Source: an uncultured virus (IMG/VR IMGVR_UViG_3300037466_002257)
Lineage: Duplodnaviria > Heunggongvirae > Uroviricota > Caudoviricetes
IMG/VR virus record: IMGVR_UViG_3300037466_002257
Length of the DNA: 20,855 nucleotides
Strand: one strand, 5' to 3'
Positions 1-8,597 of the stretch are shown piece after piece; position 1 is the first letter of the stretch, and every line of letters begins with the position of its first letter. Position numbers and translations under genes: made by a program. Under the pieces are notes generated by a model that saw nothing but the letters and a program-made list of their open reading frames with translations, made no database searches and had not been told where the DNA came from.

Positions 1-120
1 GTCGCTGCCCTTGTCGAACGCGTGCCAGTCGTTCTCGTCCTTGTTGCTGTACTCGATGGGCTCGCCGCGCAGCGCAGCGTCGATCATGGGGCGCAGCTCT
101 TCGGGGATGTCGTTCTGCAT
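1..120 (-). CDS. Hypothetical phage protein, runs off the left edge (MQNDIPEELRPMIDAALRGEPIEY...)
   Basis: ATG at 120 directly behind GAAAGGAACTTCC; frame open to the window edge. Confidence 0.8.
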   Translation of the reverse strand, partial: MQNDIPEELRPMIDAALRGEPIEYSNKDENDWHAFDKGSD

Positions 121-148
121 GGAAGTTCCTTTCGTTGGTGGGTTGGAC

Positions 149-442
149 TTACTTGCGCTTGCTGCCGCGCTTGGCCGCAGGCTTGCTGCGGGCGTTCGCA
201 CGGAACGGGTTGAGCGAGAACTTCAGGTGGCCCTCGCCCTCGGTGCGGTAGTAGACGGCGACGCTCTTGTGCCGCTGCGCCCACATGTTGAACAGCCGCG
301 CTTGCGGCACCGTGCAGGCGAAGACCGGCTCCTCGCCCTTGGCAAGGCGGGCGTACACGGCGTCCCAGTCGATGGCCTCGACCTTCATGGTCGGCAGCTC
401 GAACAGCTTGTAGCTGCGGGTGATCGTTTGTGCTTGGGTCAT
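149..442 (-). CDS. Hypothetical protein (97 aa, basic C-terminus)
   Basis: ORF with GAAAGGAAC RBS; fits the gene tiling. Confidence 0.85.
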   Translation of the reverse strand: MTQAQTITRSYKLFELPTMKVEAIDWDAVYARLAKGEEPVFACTVPQARLFNMWAQRHKSVAVYYRTEGEGHLKFSLNPFRANARSKPAAKRGSKRK

Positions 443-455
443 CTCGTTGTTCCTT

Positions 456-722
456 TCATGTCTGCGGGAAGGTGTGGTTGCGGAATGCCTTCTCGAACTC
501 CGCGTAGGTGCGCGGGTTCATGTGGATTTCGCCACGCCCCTTCATCTGGATGTAGTGGCCGTCCGGGATCAGGTTCGTCACGCCGAAGAACTCGATCATC
601 CACGCGTTGATCTCGGCGCGGAAGTCGTCGGTCACCGGGCAGTCCGGCGAGAGCTGCATCTTTGGTCTGTCCGGCGAGACGAAAATCTTGCAGCCGTACA
701 AGGTGCCTGGCATTTGCGGCAT
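456..722 (-). CDS. Hypothetical phage protein (88 aa)
   Basis: ORF with upstream GGAGG; protein-like composition. Confidence 0.85.
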   Translation of the reverse strand: MPQMPGTLYGCKIFVSPDRPKMQLSPDCPVTDDFRAEINAWMIEFFGVTNLIPDGHYIQMKGRGEIHMNPRTYAEFEKAFRNHTFPQT

Positions 723-725
723 GCC

Positions 726-965
726 CTACCTCCAGTGCTTCGCGAGCAGAAACTTCGCTCGCGTGGTTGAAATATCGGGCGGCGGCACGTACTCGGGGAC
801 GGCCCTGCGGGCGTCACGCCGCATCATCGCGCGGTGATCCTGAGCGAAGACGACGAGGCTGTCGGGGTGCTCACGCGTCGCTGCGCGGTAGGCCTTGCGT
901 GCCTCGTCGTAGTCCTCGCCCTTGTGGATCGTCGTCGTGTCGTTGACGGTGACGGTGAAGGTCAT
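726..965 (-). CDS. Hypothetical protein (79 aa, MTFTVTVNDTT...)
   Basis: True start taken at the ATGA overlap with the upstream gene (962-965). Confidence 0.8.
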   Translation of the reverse strand: MTFTVTVNDTTTIHKGEDYDEARKAYRAATREHPDSLVVFAQDHRAMMRRDARRAVPEYVPPPDISTTRAKFLLAKHWR

Positions 966-1336
966 GCGTCTCCATCCAGGCCGCACTTGAGGCAGTAGAT
1001 GCGCCCGCCGTTCTCGTCGGCCTCGCCTTCGCTCTGGTTCCACTCGTGGCGGCAGGTGAGCTGCTCCACGGTGATGCCCTGCTCGGCGGCCTGCTGTTCG
1101 AGCTTCTCGCGGTGTTCGCTGCGCTCGGCCTGGTTGCGCACCTGCGCAGCCCTCAGCAGGTCCAGGCACTTGTTGTGCCCGACGGAGAGCATGGCGCAGC
1201 GTGCGCACAGAAAGGCCTTGTACGGTTCGCCGTCGAGGTCGGCAAAGCCGTCGTCACACTTCACATCCCCACCGCAGGACGTGCAGCCCTTGGGGATGAT
1301 GTGCGACGAAGGCGGATAGATTGCTTGCAGGTTCAT
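962..1336 (-). CDS. Cys-rich putative zinc-binding protein (124 aa)
   Basis: CxxC pairs (CTSC, CARC, CLKC) plus C-x-H-x-W motif; GAAGGACTTCAC-ATG RBS. Confidence 0.8.
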   Translation of the reverse strand: MNLQAIYPPSSHIIPKGCTSCGGDVKCDDGFADLDGEPYKAFLCARCAMLSVGHNKCLDLLRAAQVRNQAERSEHREKLEQQAAEQGITVEQLTCRHEWNQSEGEADENGGRIYCLKCGLDGDA

Positions 1337-1623
1337 GTGAAGTCCTTCGTGACGATGTTGCCGCCCGCGCCGCGCTTATACAACCGCACGGGCCTGCCCG
1401 CATGCCGGTCGAAGACTATGGCCTGTGCGTACTCGTCTTCCTGCAGCTCGCTGCGGGCGCAGTGCGAGGCGGCGTTGGCGAACGCGTTGACGAGTTCGTC
1501 GGTGCTGCCGGACGTGTCCTGCTTCACCGTGAAGTCGCCGACGATGTGGTAGTAGTACGTGCCGTAGCGCTTGCGGGCCTTGCGGTCACGCTTGAAGGCG
1601 AGCTTGATCGGTTGTTGTTTCAT
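1333..1623 (-). CDS. Hypothetical protein (96 aa, MKQQPIKLAF...)
   Basis: ATGA overlaps at both ends. Confidence 0.8.
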   Translation of the reverse strand: MKQQPIKLAFKRDRKARKRYGTYYYHIVGDFTVKQDTSGSTDELVNAFANAASHCARSELQEDEYAQAIVFDRHAGRPVRLYKRGAGGNIVTKDFT

Positions 1624-1988
1624 TTCAGAAGGTCCTCGGGGATGTCGATCTCGACGGTCTTGGACTTGTGGTGCATCGCGACGGCGGCGCGGCACACCGC
1701 TTCGAGCGGCGTGTCGCCTTCAAGCATGTCGTCACCGAACGGCCCGGCCCGCCAGCCTTTCGGCATGCCGCTCCAGTCGGTCGTGCGAATGAGCGACATC
1801 TCGTACAGGTCGATCAGCCTGCCGCACAGGCGCCACGACTGCGTGAATCGCGTCTCGCCCGTGTCGTGGTAGCTGTTGAAGGTCTCGGGCACGAGGAACG
1901 ACTCGTGCCAGCCGCGCGACTGCACCTTGACCTGCGTCACGGCCCAGTTGAGGGCCTTGCCTTTGAGTTCGGTGACCTTGATCTTCAT
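1620..1988 (-). CDS. NinX/DUF2591-like phage protein
   Basis: Family-typical N-terminus KVTELKGKALNWAV, W..CGRLID and GDTPLEAVCRAAV motifs (recognised from memory). Confidence 0.75.
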   Translation of the reverse strand: MKIKVTELKGKALNWAVTQVKVQSRGWHESFLVPETFNSYHDTGETRFTQSWRLCGRLIDLYEMSLIRTTDWSGMPKGWRAGPFGDDMLEGDTPLEAVCRAAVAMHHKSKTVEIDIPEDLLK

Positions 1989-2902
1989 GCTGCCTCCGTC
2001 ATCACGTCACGCTCGGCCCAGTACAGGCGCTCGGCCGCTTCCTTCTGCGCCTTCTCGCACTCGTCGTACAGGTCATTCAGGTCCTGCGCGGCGCGATACA
2101 GCACCTGATAATCGAACTCGCCCTTCACCGCCTTGGACGAGAACATCTCGTCGCATTCGGCGATGTAGGCAAGCAGCTTCTGGCACCATTCGTTCGAGTA
2201 GCCGTCGTCCCACTTTCGCAGCGTTTCGGCAAACTTGTCGCTCGACATCTCCAGGCTGCGCCCCTCGAACTCGGTCAGGCACAGGTGCTTGCCGCTGCGC
2301 CCGTGCAGCTCGAAGCTCGCATCGAACTCGATGTCCTTGCTGAACGGCTCGACGCGCATCCAGCCTGCCTTCTTGTACGCGTCGTAGTAAGCCATGTCCT
2401 CCTCGGTGCGCCGGGCGAACTTCCACGGCCAGTTGTGATAGACCAGGCCGTAGCGGTTCGCGATCTCGGGGCGGATCGAGGCGAGGTAGGTGCCCTTCAC
2501 GCTACCGGTCACGCCCTCGGCCATGCTCTCCTGCACGATGCTCCAGAGGCGCTCCTGCGTGTGCTCGTCGTCCCAGTCGCTGCACCACTCCTCCAGCCGC
2601 TCGGGCGGCACGACGCACATGAAGTCCTCGCGGGTGTGCTCCATGTTGTCGTGCTCGAAGACGTTCTGGAGGACTCTGTCGCTGTCGGGGACGCCGAAGC
2701 CGAGTGCCACGTTCCATTCGAGGGCGTAGCGCTCGTGATAGCCGCTGCTGTAGCCGCCGTTCTTCTCGACGGCGCGGGCGAGCAGCTCGCGCCAGATGTT
2801 GCCCTTGAAGTCGCGGCGCGTCGCGGCCTTGCAGAAAAGGCCGCCGACCTTCCTGTGCAGCGGGTCGTTCTTGGGGACCTGCTGCGGATAGTAGTTGCTC
2901 AT
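1985..2902 (-). CDS. Hypothetical protein (305 aa, acidic, Trp-rich)
   Basis: Long ORF; ATG 2902 behind the consensus RBS motif. Confidence 0.9.
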   Translation of the reverse strand: MSNYYPQQVPKNDPLHRKVGGLFCKAATRRDFKGNIWRELLARAVEKNGGYSSGYHERYALEWNVALGFGVPDSDRVLQNVFEHDNMEHTREDFMCVVPPERLEEWCSDWDDEHTQERLWSIVQESMAEGVTGSVKGTYLASIRPEIANRYGLVYHNWPWKFARRTEEDMAYYDAYKKAGWMRVEPFSKDIEFDASFELHGRSGKHLCLTEFEGRSLEMSSDKFAETLRKWDDGYSNEWCQKLLAYIAECDEMFSSKAVKGEFDYQVLYRAAQDLNDLYDECEKAQKEAAERLYWAERDVMTEAA

Positions 2903-3159
2903 GTCGAAGTTCCTTTCTGCGTGTTGAACGCGAAGTAGTCCGTCTCTTCCCACATCTTCTTGACGAGGTCTGCGGCGTGCTGCTTGAACTGCAGCGCCTG
3001 GTTAAGCGCACTGCGTTGCGTCGCCGTCGGCGGAAGCGACGGATTGTTGACGTAGCCCTCCAGCCTCTTCGCCTCTTGCTCCAGCCGCTCATACAGATAG
3101 CGGTCGGCCCAGTACCTGCGATAGCCCTCGGTGCCCTTGGGCGGGATGCGTGCAGCCAT
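2899..3159 (-). CDS. Hypothetical protein (86 aa, ends QKGTST)
   Basis: ORF tiling; stop overlaps the next ATG. Confidence 0.8.
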   Translation of the reverse strand: MAARIPPKGTEGYRRYWADRYLYERLEQEAKRLEGYVNNPSLPPTATQRSALNQALQFKQHAADLVKKMWEETDYFAFNTQKGTST

Positions 3160-3160
3160 A

Positions 3161-3415
3161 TCACACCGCCCGCAGGTTCAGCCGCTGCGCAAGGTCGCGG
3201 CACAGCGTCTCGGCCTGCTCGCGCGTCAGCGTCACGTAGGACGCGCCCTTGCTGTTCGCCGTGCGCGCCGCGAGGATGACCTCGTCGTTCTTCTGCGAGA
3301 CGTTCAGCTTGCCGGGCTTTTCGGGCTCGTCGCACTCGATGTGCACGTTGCCGGTGCGGCCTCGCACCTTCATGACGCTCGCCTCGATGCGGGCCGGAAT
3401 GGTAGTCGTGTTCAT
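3161..3415 (-). CDS. Hypothetical protein (84 aa)
   Basis: Consensus RBS motif upstream. Confidence 0.85.
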   Translation of the reverse strand: MNTTTIPARIEASVMKVRGRTGNVHIECDEPEKPGKLNVSQKNDEVILAARTANSKGASYVTLTREQAETLCRDLAQRLNLRAV

Positions 3416-3663
3416 GTTGAAGTTCCTTTCTCATTCGGATACAGGGTCGTGCAGCCGTCGCGGTAGGCGTGGCCTGTGCGCACTTCGCGCACCACGATGT
3501 CGTCGGCGTACTCTTCCCACCAGTGCGAAGGGATGCCGCACCGGAGGCCGTGCACCCGCAGGCCTGCCTTGAGCGCTGCGAGTGCTTCTTCGCGCGTCTC
3601 GCCGAAGGCGTCGAAGCTGAAGTTGCTCGACTCGAAAGAGGCCATGTAGAGGACGCTGCTCAT
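3412..3663 (-). CDS. Hypothetical phage protein (83 aa, ends EKGTST)
   Basis: GAGGAG RBS; ATGA overlap with the next gene. Confidence 0.85.
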   Translation of the reverse strand: MSSVLYMASFESSNFSFDAFGETREEALAALKAGLRVHGLRCGIPSHWWEEYADDIVVREVRTGHAYRDGCTTLYPNEKGTST

Positions 3664-3664
3664 G

Positions 3665-3955
3665 TCAGAAGCTCCTCGGCAAGGGCTCCGCGTCCGTGTC
3701 CTCGACGAAGGTGTACGTCGTCGGCGGATACAGCGGCTGGTCGCGCTTCATGCTGTGCGAGTGCGACGGGTGCGTGCAGTCGAGGCACACCAGCTCGCCG
3801 CGTGCGTTGACGATGCCCGCCTCGCGCCACGAGTCGGGGTCGCGCCGGTAGTCGGCCAGGCCGGGGCCGGGCAGGTCCTCGTGCTGCTTGGCAACGACGC
3901 GGCACTGGGTCGCCCGGTCGGTGACGGCGGGCACGATCAGGTAGGTGACTCTCAT
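3665..3955 (-). CDS. Hypothetical protein (96 aa, MRVTYLIVP...)
   Basis: Start behind GAAAGGAACCTCGAC. Confidence 0.85.
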   Translation of the reverse strand: MRVTYLIVPAVTDRATQCRVVAKQHEDLPGPGLADYRRDPDSWREAGIVNARGELVCLDCTHPSHSHSMKRDQPLYPPTTYTFVEDTDAEPLPRSF

Positions 3956-4167
3956 GTCGAGGTTCCTTTCTGCGCGTTGGCGCTTTGCGGCGGGATGAGA
4001 ACGCAGCCCCACCTCTCGCAGTACGAGCGGGCCTCGTCCTCGCGGGCGAAGCACATGGCCGAGGCAAGCTGGCCCGGCTTGTCGCTCACGCACTTCCAGT
4101 CGGTGGCGTGCGGCTGCCACAGGGCCTGCAGGCCCTGTGGGTTGCGGTCTTGATGCCATGTGCTCAT
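3952..4167 (-). CDS. Hypothetical protein (71 aa, MSTWHQDRNP..., ends QKGTST)
   Basis: GAGGAG RBS; ATGA overlaps. Confidence 0.8.
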   Translation of the reverse strand: MSTWHQDRNPQGLQALWQPHATDWKCVSDKPGQLASAMCFAREDEARSYCERWGCVLIPPQSANAQKGTST

Positions 4168-4520
4168 GCTGTGATCTCCTCGATCAAGTCGTCGATCCAC
4201 GCGACGCGGCAGGCGCGCTGGTAGAGGCAGGCGCTGAGCGGGCTCTCGATGAACTCCTGCCCGGCCAGCCAGATGCCGAGCGTGTCGGTGTCGTAGTTGC
4301 CCGGCGCATGGCGCAGGCGGTCTGCGATCAAACCCGTCAGGTCGTCAGCAACGCGCATGTCTTCGTGCGCCGCGAGTCTGCAGACCGTGTTGCAGATGTA
4401 GACCTCGTCGCGTTCAGCGAGGCGCTTGCGGGCCTGCTGCAGCAGGATGACGGCCTGCCGGTTGCCCTTGAGGCCCTCGGGCAGCGGCGTGCAGCCGCGC
4501 TGGGGGAAGTGAATGTCCAT
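4164..4520 (-). CDS. Hypothetical protein (118 aa, MDIHFPQ...)
   Basis: Start behind GAAAGGGAACTTCGAC. Confidence 0.85.
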   Translation of the reverse strand: MDIHFPQRGCTPLPEGLKGNRQAVILLQQARKRLAERDEVYICNTVCRLAAHEDMRVADDLTGLIADRLRHAPGNYDTDTLGIWLAGQEFIESPLSACLYQRACRVAWIDDLIEEITA

Positions 4521-4534
4521 GTCGAAGTTCCCTT

Positions 4535-4816
4535 TCAGGGTCGGTTGATGCGGGCCGTGGCCCGCGTGGGCTTCTCGCACAGGCCGCGCCACGGCAGGTG
4601 CTGGTGGCCGCTGCGATGCTTCCCGGCCTTGACTGCCACACTCGGCGAAAGCGAGAACAGGCCCCAGTGCGTACCGCTCCACCACGACCACACCCACTCG
4701 CGGCCCACGAAAGACAGCTTGCGCTGGTACAGGCCCACGCGCACCGGCTTGACGTGCCCGTCGAACCACGGCGTCTCGTCGCCGTGGCAGGGCGCCTTAT
4801 GCAGGTCGCGCCTCAT
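4535..4816 (-). CDS. Hypothetical phage protein (93 aa; TPWF..VKPVRVGLYQR...W..W.G..W...WRGL)
   Basis: ATGA overlap; Trp-rich pattern resembling common proteobacterial phage hypotheticals. Confidence 0.8.
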   Translation of the reverse strand: MRRDLHKAPCHGDETPWFDGHVKPVRVGLYQRKLSFVGREWVWSWWSGTHWGLFSLSPSVAVKAGKHRSGHQHLPWRGLCEKPTRATARINRP

Positions 4817-5199
4817 CCCTCGACCTCCTCGGACAGCGCCGCGTGGAAGACCTCGTGCATGTAGTCCTTGATGTCGTTGCGGTCGCGCCCCGTGATGCGC
4901 AGCTCGAAGCCGAACGCAAGGCTGGCCTTGACGATGACTTCGTGCTCGGACCAGCCGGAATAGAAGCCGTGGCCGTCCATGTGGTGAAAGGGCGCCTCGA
5001 AGACGAGGCGCTCGGGCGTGGACTTGTCCCAGTCGAGCTTCGTGCCGCTGTCGAAGCCGCTGCCGGAGGGCAGGTGCTGCTTCACGAGCTGCTCGATGGC
5101 CTCGGCGTGCCGGTCCTTCCATTCGAGGTTGCCGCTCTTGCGGCAGTTCTCGATGGCGATCAGCTTGTTCGCGATGAGGGCGTACAGTTTCTCTTTCAT
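4813..5199 (-). CDS. Conserved-looking phage hypothetical protein (128 aa; LPSGSGFD, FHHMDGHGFYSGW)
   Basis: GGGAG RBS, strong codon bias, motif-rich sequence. Confidence 0.85.
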   Translation of the reverse strand: MKEKLYALIANKLIAIENCRKSGNLEWKDRHAEAIEQLVKQHLPSGSGFDSGTKLDWDKSTPERLVFEAPFHHMDGHGFYSGWSEHEVIVKASLAFGFELRITGRDRNDIKDYMHEVFHAALSEEVEG

Positions 5200-5201
5200 G
5201 T

Positions 5202-5360
5202 TCAAACTCCCAGGTAGTGCCGCTCGGGGTGGCGGCGGTACAGCGCGATCTCCTCGGCCGCCTCGCGCATCTGCTGCACGCGGCGCTGGAAGCGCACCTT
5301 GCCCTTGGGCGGCGTGGCAGACGCGGGAAGCTGCGTTCTGATGGGACGCGGGGTGTTCAT
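5202..5360 (-). CDS. Hypothetical protein (52 aa, MNTPRPIR...)
   Basis: Start behind GAAAGGAACTTTCGATC. Confidence 0.75.
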   Translation of the reverse strand: MNTPRPIRTQLPASATPPKGKVRFQRRVQQMREAAEEIALYRRHPERHYLGV

Positions 5361-5405
5361 GATCGAAAGTTCCTTTCCGGCCTTTATCGGCCATTGAGTG
5401 CTCAC

Positions 5406-5446
5406 CCTGAGCGCTCAGGGAAGTGCGCCACCGCAAGGTGGCGCAC
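5406..5446. promoter_or_regulatory. Two adjacent intergenic hairpins
   Basis: CCCTGA-GCGC-TCAGGG followed by GTGCGCCACC-GCAA-GGTGGCGCAC (10 bp); no clear U-tract. Confidence 0.6.
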
Positions 5447-5451
5447 AGGCC

Positions 5452-5952
5452 TCAGCGTTCGTGGGTGGTGGTGGTGGTGGTGGTGTCTTGCGGGGCGAGC
5501 GGCACGATGCCGTGCGCGGCTTCGATGGCGCGGACGAGTGCCAGCATGTCCCGCAAGACCCAATCCATGCTCACGCCGGGCTTCGCATATGCAATCAGGC
5601 GATCCCACACACCGCTGTCGATCAACGTCGCTATGGCCCGCGTCTCCGCCAGCGGCACCCGCACGGCCTGCGGTGCGCGGGACAGGGCGGCGAGAGCGTA
5701 TTCGCGCATCTGACCGGCAGTGAACGCAGGCTCATGCGACATCCCATAGCGGGGGTCGGGGAAATAATGCTGCGGCAACGGCGGCACTTCCCGCTCGCTT
5801 GCTGCGGCTGCTTCTCGCTCACTGCTCGGTGTGTCAGCGCGAGCAGAGGACAGCCTTTCGATGGATCGCTGCTTGGCTTCGATCTTTGCCGCACGGCGGG
5901 ACGTGTCGATCGCAAACTCATCCAGCGAGTCATCCGGTGTGTCAGTCGCCAT
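5452..5952 (-). CDS. Hypothetical mosaic phage protein (166 aa; poly-Thr tail)
   Basis: AAGGAG RBS before ATG 5952. Confidence 0.75.
   Translation of the reverse strand: MATDTPDDSLDEFAIDTSRRAAKIEAKQRSIERLSSARADTPSSEREAAAASEREVPPLPQHYFPDPRYGMSHEPAFTAGQMREYALAALSRAPQAVRVPLAETRAIATLIDSGVWDRLIAYAKPGVSMDWVLRDMLALVRAIEAAHGIVPLAPQDTTTTTTTHER
5464..5484 (+). repeat. (GGT)7 microsatellite encoding Thr7
   Basis: Read directly from the sequence. Confidence 0.9.
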
Positions 5953-6922
5953 GGCGCTCTCCTTGAAGGGCGGCGATTGCCTTGCGAACATCGCTCTCCA
6001 GTTCATCAGCGAAACCGCGCTCCGGGTTGATGTTGCCGCTGACGTCGATCAGCACATCAAGGGCGATCCGCGCTGCGTCCTGCGCCACTTCGGATGCGGT
6101 GGGTGGGGTGGCGTAGAGGGGTGTTCTCGTTGCGATGGGGTCAGCGTCCTTGAAAGACGTGCTGAAAAACACCCGGCCATCCGGCCATACCTGCATCCAC
6201 GCCACTGGCTGCGGCATCCCCGCTGCTGCGGGTGCTGCGAGATCGGAGCGGACGTATCTAACCGCTGCACGCTCCGGGGTCGCCGGGTTCATGAACCTGT
6301 GCATGCCCGGCCCATCAACCACCGAATAGGGCGGCGGATGGCGAGAGTCGTTGGGCCATTCGCCGCACTTCAAGAGCCACAGTTCGGCCGGGTCTGTGAA
6401 ATCGTTGACCGTCTGCGCTGCGGGTGCTGCCTCCAGATCAAATTCATTCCAAGCAAAGTAGCCTCCGAGGGGATCATCCAGTCGGACACCGCCTTGCTCA
6501 GCCGCTGCAACAACGGCTGTCTTGCCGGGGTCGCGGTTCTGTGTGAGACGCACCACGTCGCCTTTCCTGAAGCGCCCTGCGGGTGCTGGGGTGGTCGGCT
6601 CCTGCCCGGCAAAGGCGAGCGAGGCGCATCCTGCGCACCACACCACGTCGCGACCGCCGAGCGAACCGAAGTCACGCCAGTGGTGCGCGTGTGCTGCGCT
6701 GGTCGGCTGCGCTGCAGGCGTGCCGTGCATCGTCGGCAACACGGTCGGCCCCTCGCTCTGCTTCACCGGCGTGCTGCGGCCGAGGATGCGCAGCGCACCC
6801 TCCGTGAGCTGCTTGCGCCCTTCGGCCGTGAGGCTCGTGGCGTTGAGCAGCGTGCGCAGGGCGACACCGATGGCCGCGTAGTCGTCCTCGACGAGGACGC
6901 GGGCGATGATGGGGTCGCTCAC
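5942..6922 (-). CDS. Hypothetical mosaic phage protein (about 326 aa; Pro/Ala linkers)
   Basis: GTG start overlapping the upstream stop (GTGA); modular segments such as RFRKGDVVRL and QPVAWM...TPLYA. Confidence 0.75.
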   Translation of the reverse strand: MSDPIIARVLVEDDYAAIGVALRTLLNATSLTAEGRKQLTEGALRILGRSTPVKQSEGPTVLPTMHGTPAAQPTSAAHAHHWRDFGSLGGRDVVWCAGCASLAFAGQEPTTPAPAGRFRKGDVVRLTQNRDPGKTAVVAAAEQGGVRLDDPLGGYFAWNEFDLEAAPAAQTVNDFTDPAELWLLKCGEWPNDSRHPPPYSVVDGPGMHRFMNPATPERAAVRYVRSDLAAPAAAGMPQPVAWMQVWPDGRVFFSTSFKDADPIATRTPLYATPPTASEVAQDAARIALDVLIDVSGNINPERGFADELESDVRKAIAALQGERHGD

Positions 6923-7119
6923 TGCTTCACGCACGCCGCAAGGCCTGCGGCGCCGCTCTTGTCGGCCGTGCTCGCGTCGGGCTGGCCGACGTTGGTGAGC
7001 GTGTTCGCCGTCGCGAGGGCGGCTTGCGTGCAGGCAGCCGTGGCCTGCGGGTTGCCGTCGTCGCCGCCACCGCCGCAGGCGGCCAGCAGGAGGACGAGGG
7101 AGAAGGGGACGTATTTCAT
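6919..7119 (-). CDS. Small lipoprotein (66 aa)
   Basis: MK + hydrophobic stretch + LAAC lipobox followed by GGGG; consensus RBS motif. Confidence 0.85.
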   Translation of the reverse strand: MKYVPFSLVLLLAACGGGGDDGNPQATAACTQAALATANTLTNVGQPDASTADKSGAAGLAACVKQ

Positions 7120-7151
7120 GATGGAAGTTCCTTTCGTTTGGGTTGATGGAC

Positions 7152-7418
7152 TCACTCGGGGCGCAGCGAGCCTGCGGCGAGCGCCTTCAGCAGACCTCTG
7201 CGTCCGTACTCGCTCAGGGGCTTGCCCGTCGAGTACGGGTGCCAGCGGCCGTCGTCGGTCTGGTAGAACGAGTCGTAGGCCGTCTCGTCGGCATTGACCG
7301 TCATGCGGTAGCCGACCACGATGTTGCGCGTCACGATCTTGCCGTTCGACTCGATCTCGCCGGTCGGCTCATGAATCTGCAGCCACGAGGCCGGGCTGGT
7401 GGCGATGTAGGTCTTCAT
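7152..7418 (-). CDS. Hypothetical protein (88 aa, MKTYIATS...)
   Basis: GGAG RBS; ATGA overlap. Confidence 0.8.
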   Translation of the reverse strand: MKTYIATSPASWLQIHEPTGEIESNGKIVTRNIVVGYRMTVNADETAYDSFYQTDDGRWHPYSTGKPLSEYGRRGLLKALAAGSLRPE

Positions 7419-7993
7419 CGCACGCTCTCCAGCCACTCGCGGTCGGTGGGCAGGCCCTGCTTCATCTGCCGCATCACCTCCACCGGGTCACTGAAGTCGC
7501 CCATGAGGAAGCGCAGCGCGTTGAAGGGCGGCGTCGGGTAGCACTCGACGATGTCCTCGGGCCGCACCCAGCGCACGTACACGCCGCCGCCGCCGAGGAG
7601 GGCCGCGACTTCGACCCATTCCTTGCCGCTGTCGGCGCCGCTCGTGACCTGGACGCGGCCGATGACGCGGCCGATGCCGTCGTCGGGCGCCTCGTCGAGC
7701 GAGTGCCAGCGCACCCAGTTGCCGGGCTTGGCCTTGTAGCGGCCGAAGCCGAGCGTGCTGGCGCGCGGCAGGTGCACGCCCACGCCGTCGCGGATGCAGT
7801 CGGTGCGGGTGATCTGCAGCGCGTGGATGCGCTGGTTCATTTCGTCGTTGGTCATCGCTTTTCCTTTCCGGCCTTGCCGGGCGATATGCGGGTGCTCCCT
7901 CGGCTGCGACGTGACGGGCTCTCTGCAGGGTTCGCCCGGCTTAACGCCGCAGGTTGGGCAGTGGATGCGCTGGCTCACTTCGTCGTTGGTCAT
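7415..7993 (-). CDS. Hypothetical protein with N-terminal C-x2-C-x7-C...H zinc finger; second in-frame start at 7855
   Basis: CPTCGVKPGEPC...HPHIAR; both ATG 7993 and ATG 7855 have a GAAAGGAAA RBS and begin MTNDE. Confidence 0.8.
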   Translation of the reverse strand: MTNDEVSQRIHCPTCGVKPGEPCREPVTSQPREHPHIARQGRKGKAMTNDEMNQRIHALQITRTDCIRDGVGVHLPRASTLGFGRYKAKPGNWVRWHSLDEAPDDGIGRVIGRVQVTSGADSGKEWVEVAALLGGGGVYVRWVRPEDIVECYPTPPFNALRFLMGDFSDPVEVMRQMKQGLPTDREWLESVR

Positions 7994-8220
7994 TTCGACT
8001 TTCCTTTCTGCGCCTTCTTGGCGCGTCGCTTCTCTTCGACCTTGCGGTTCCACTCCACGATCTCGGCGTGGTGCTGCGGATCGCGCTGCACCTGCGGCTT
8101 GCGCCTGCGGGCCGGTTCGCTTGTGAACGCCTCGCCATCGGCGGCCACGTCGAAGCCGCCCACCGCAAGGGCGGTCATGAGTGCCGCGGACATGACGCCG
8201 CCCACGGAGACCTTGACCAT
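7990..8220 (-). CDS. Hypothetical protein (76 aa; hydrophobic N-terminus, basic C-terminus)
   Basis: TGATG overlap with the upstream gene, ATGA overlap with the downstream gene. Confidence 0.75.
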   Translation of the reverse strand: MVKVSVGGVMSAALMTALAVGGFDVAADGEAFTSEPARRRKPQVQRDPQHHAEIVEWNRKVEEKRRAKKAQKGKSK

Positions 8221-8549
8221 CACTGCGCTCCCAGCACGGCGAAGACGAGGGCCGCCGTCGTGAGCGCGGTGAAGATCACGGCCAGGCGGCAGTGCGTGCG
8301 CATCTGGTGCAGCTCGCTCTCGTTGGCGAACGTCACGCTCGGCAGGCCTGCCAGCAGCACGCCCAGCATGCCGCCCAGCACAGCGGCGGGCACCGCGCAG
8401 AGCAGGCCGTACAGGGGCGAGACGGCGTTGTGGGCGCCGATGTAGGTGCCCGCCACGGCGCACGCGCCGATGGCCGCCACGGTGAGCGCCCGCATCGCTG
8501 CGGTGAAGGCGCGGTTCTCGCGGATCATGTGGAATTGGTACAGGTTCAT
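8220..8549 (-). CDS. Membrane protein (109 aa, about 3 TM segments)
   Basis: Three hydrophobic stretches; AGAAAG RBS. Confidence 0.8.
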   Translation of the reverse strand: MNLYQFHMIRENRAFTAAMRALTVAAIGACAVAGTYIGAHNAVSPLYGLLCAVPAAVLGGMLGVLLAGLPSVTFANESELHQMRTHCRLAVIFTALTTAALVFAVLGAQ

Positions 8550-8597
8550 GGTCTGCTTTCTGCCCTGTGTGGGCGTTGGTGTCAGCGTGAACAGTGC

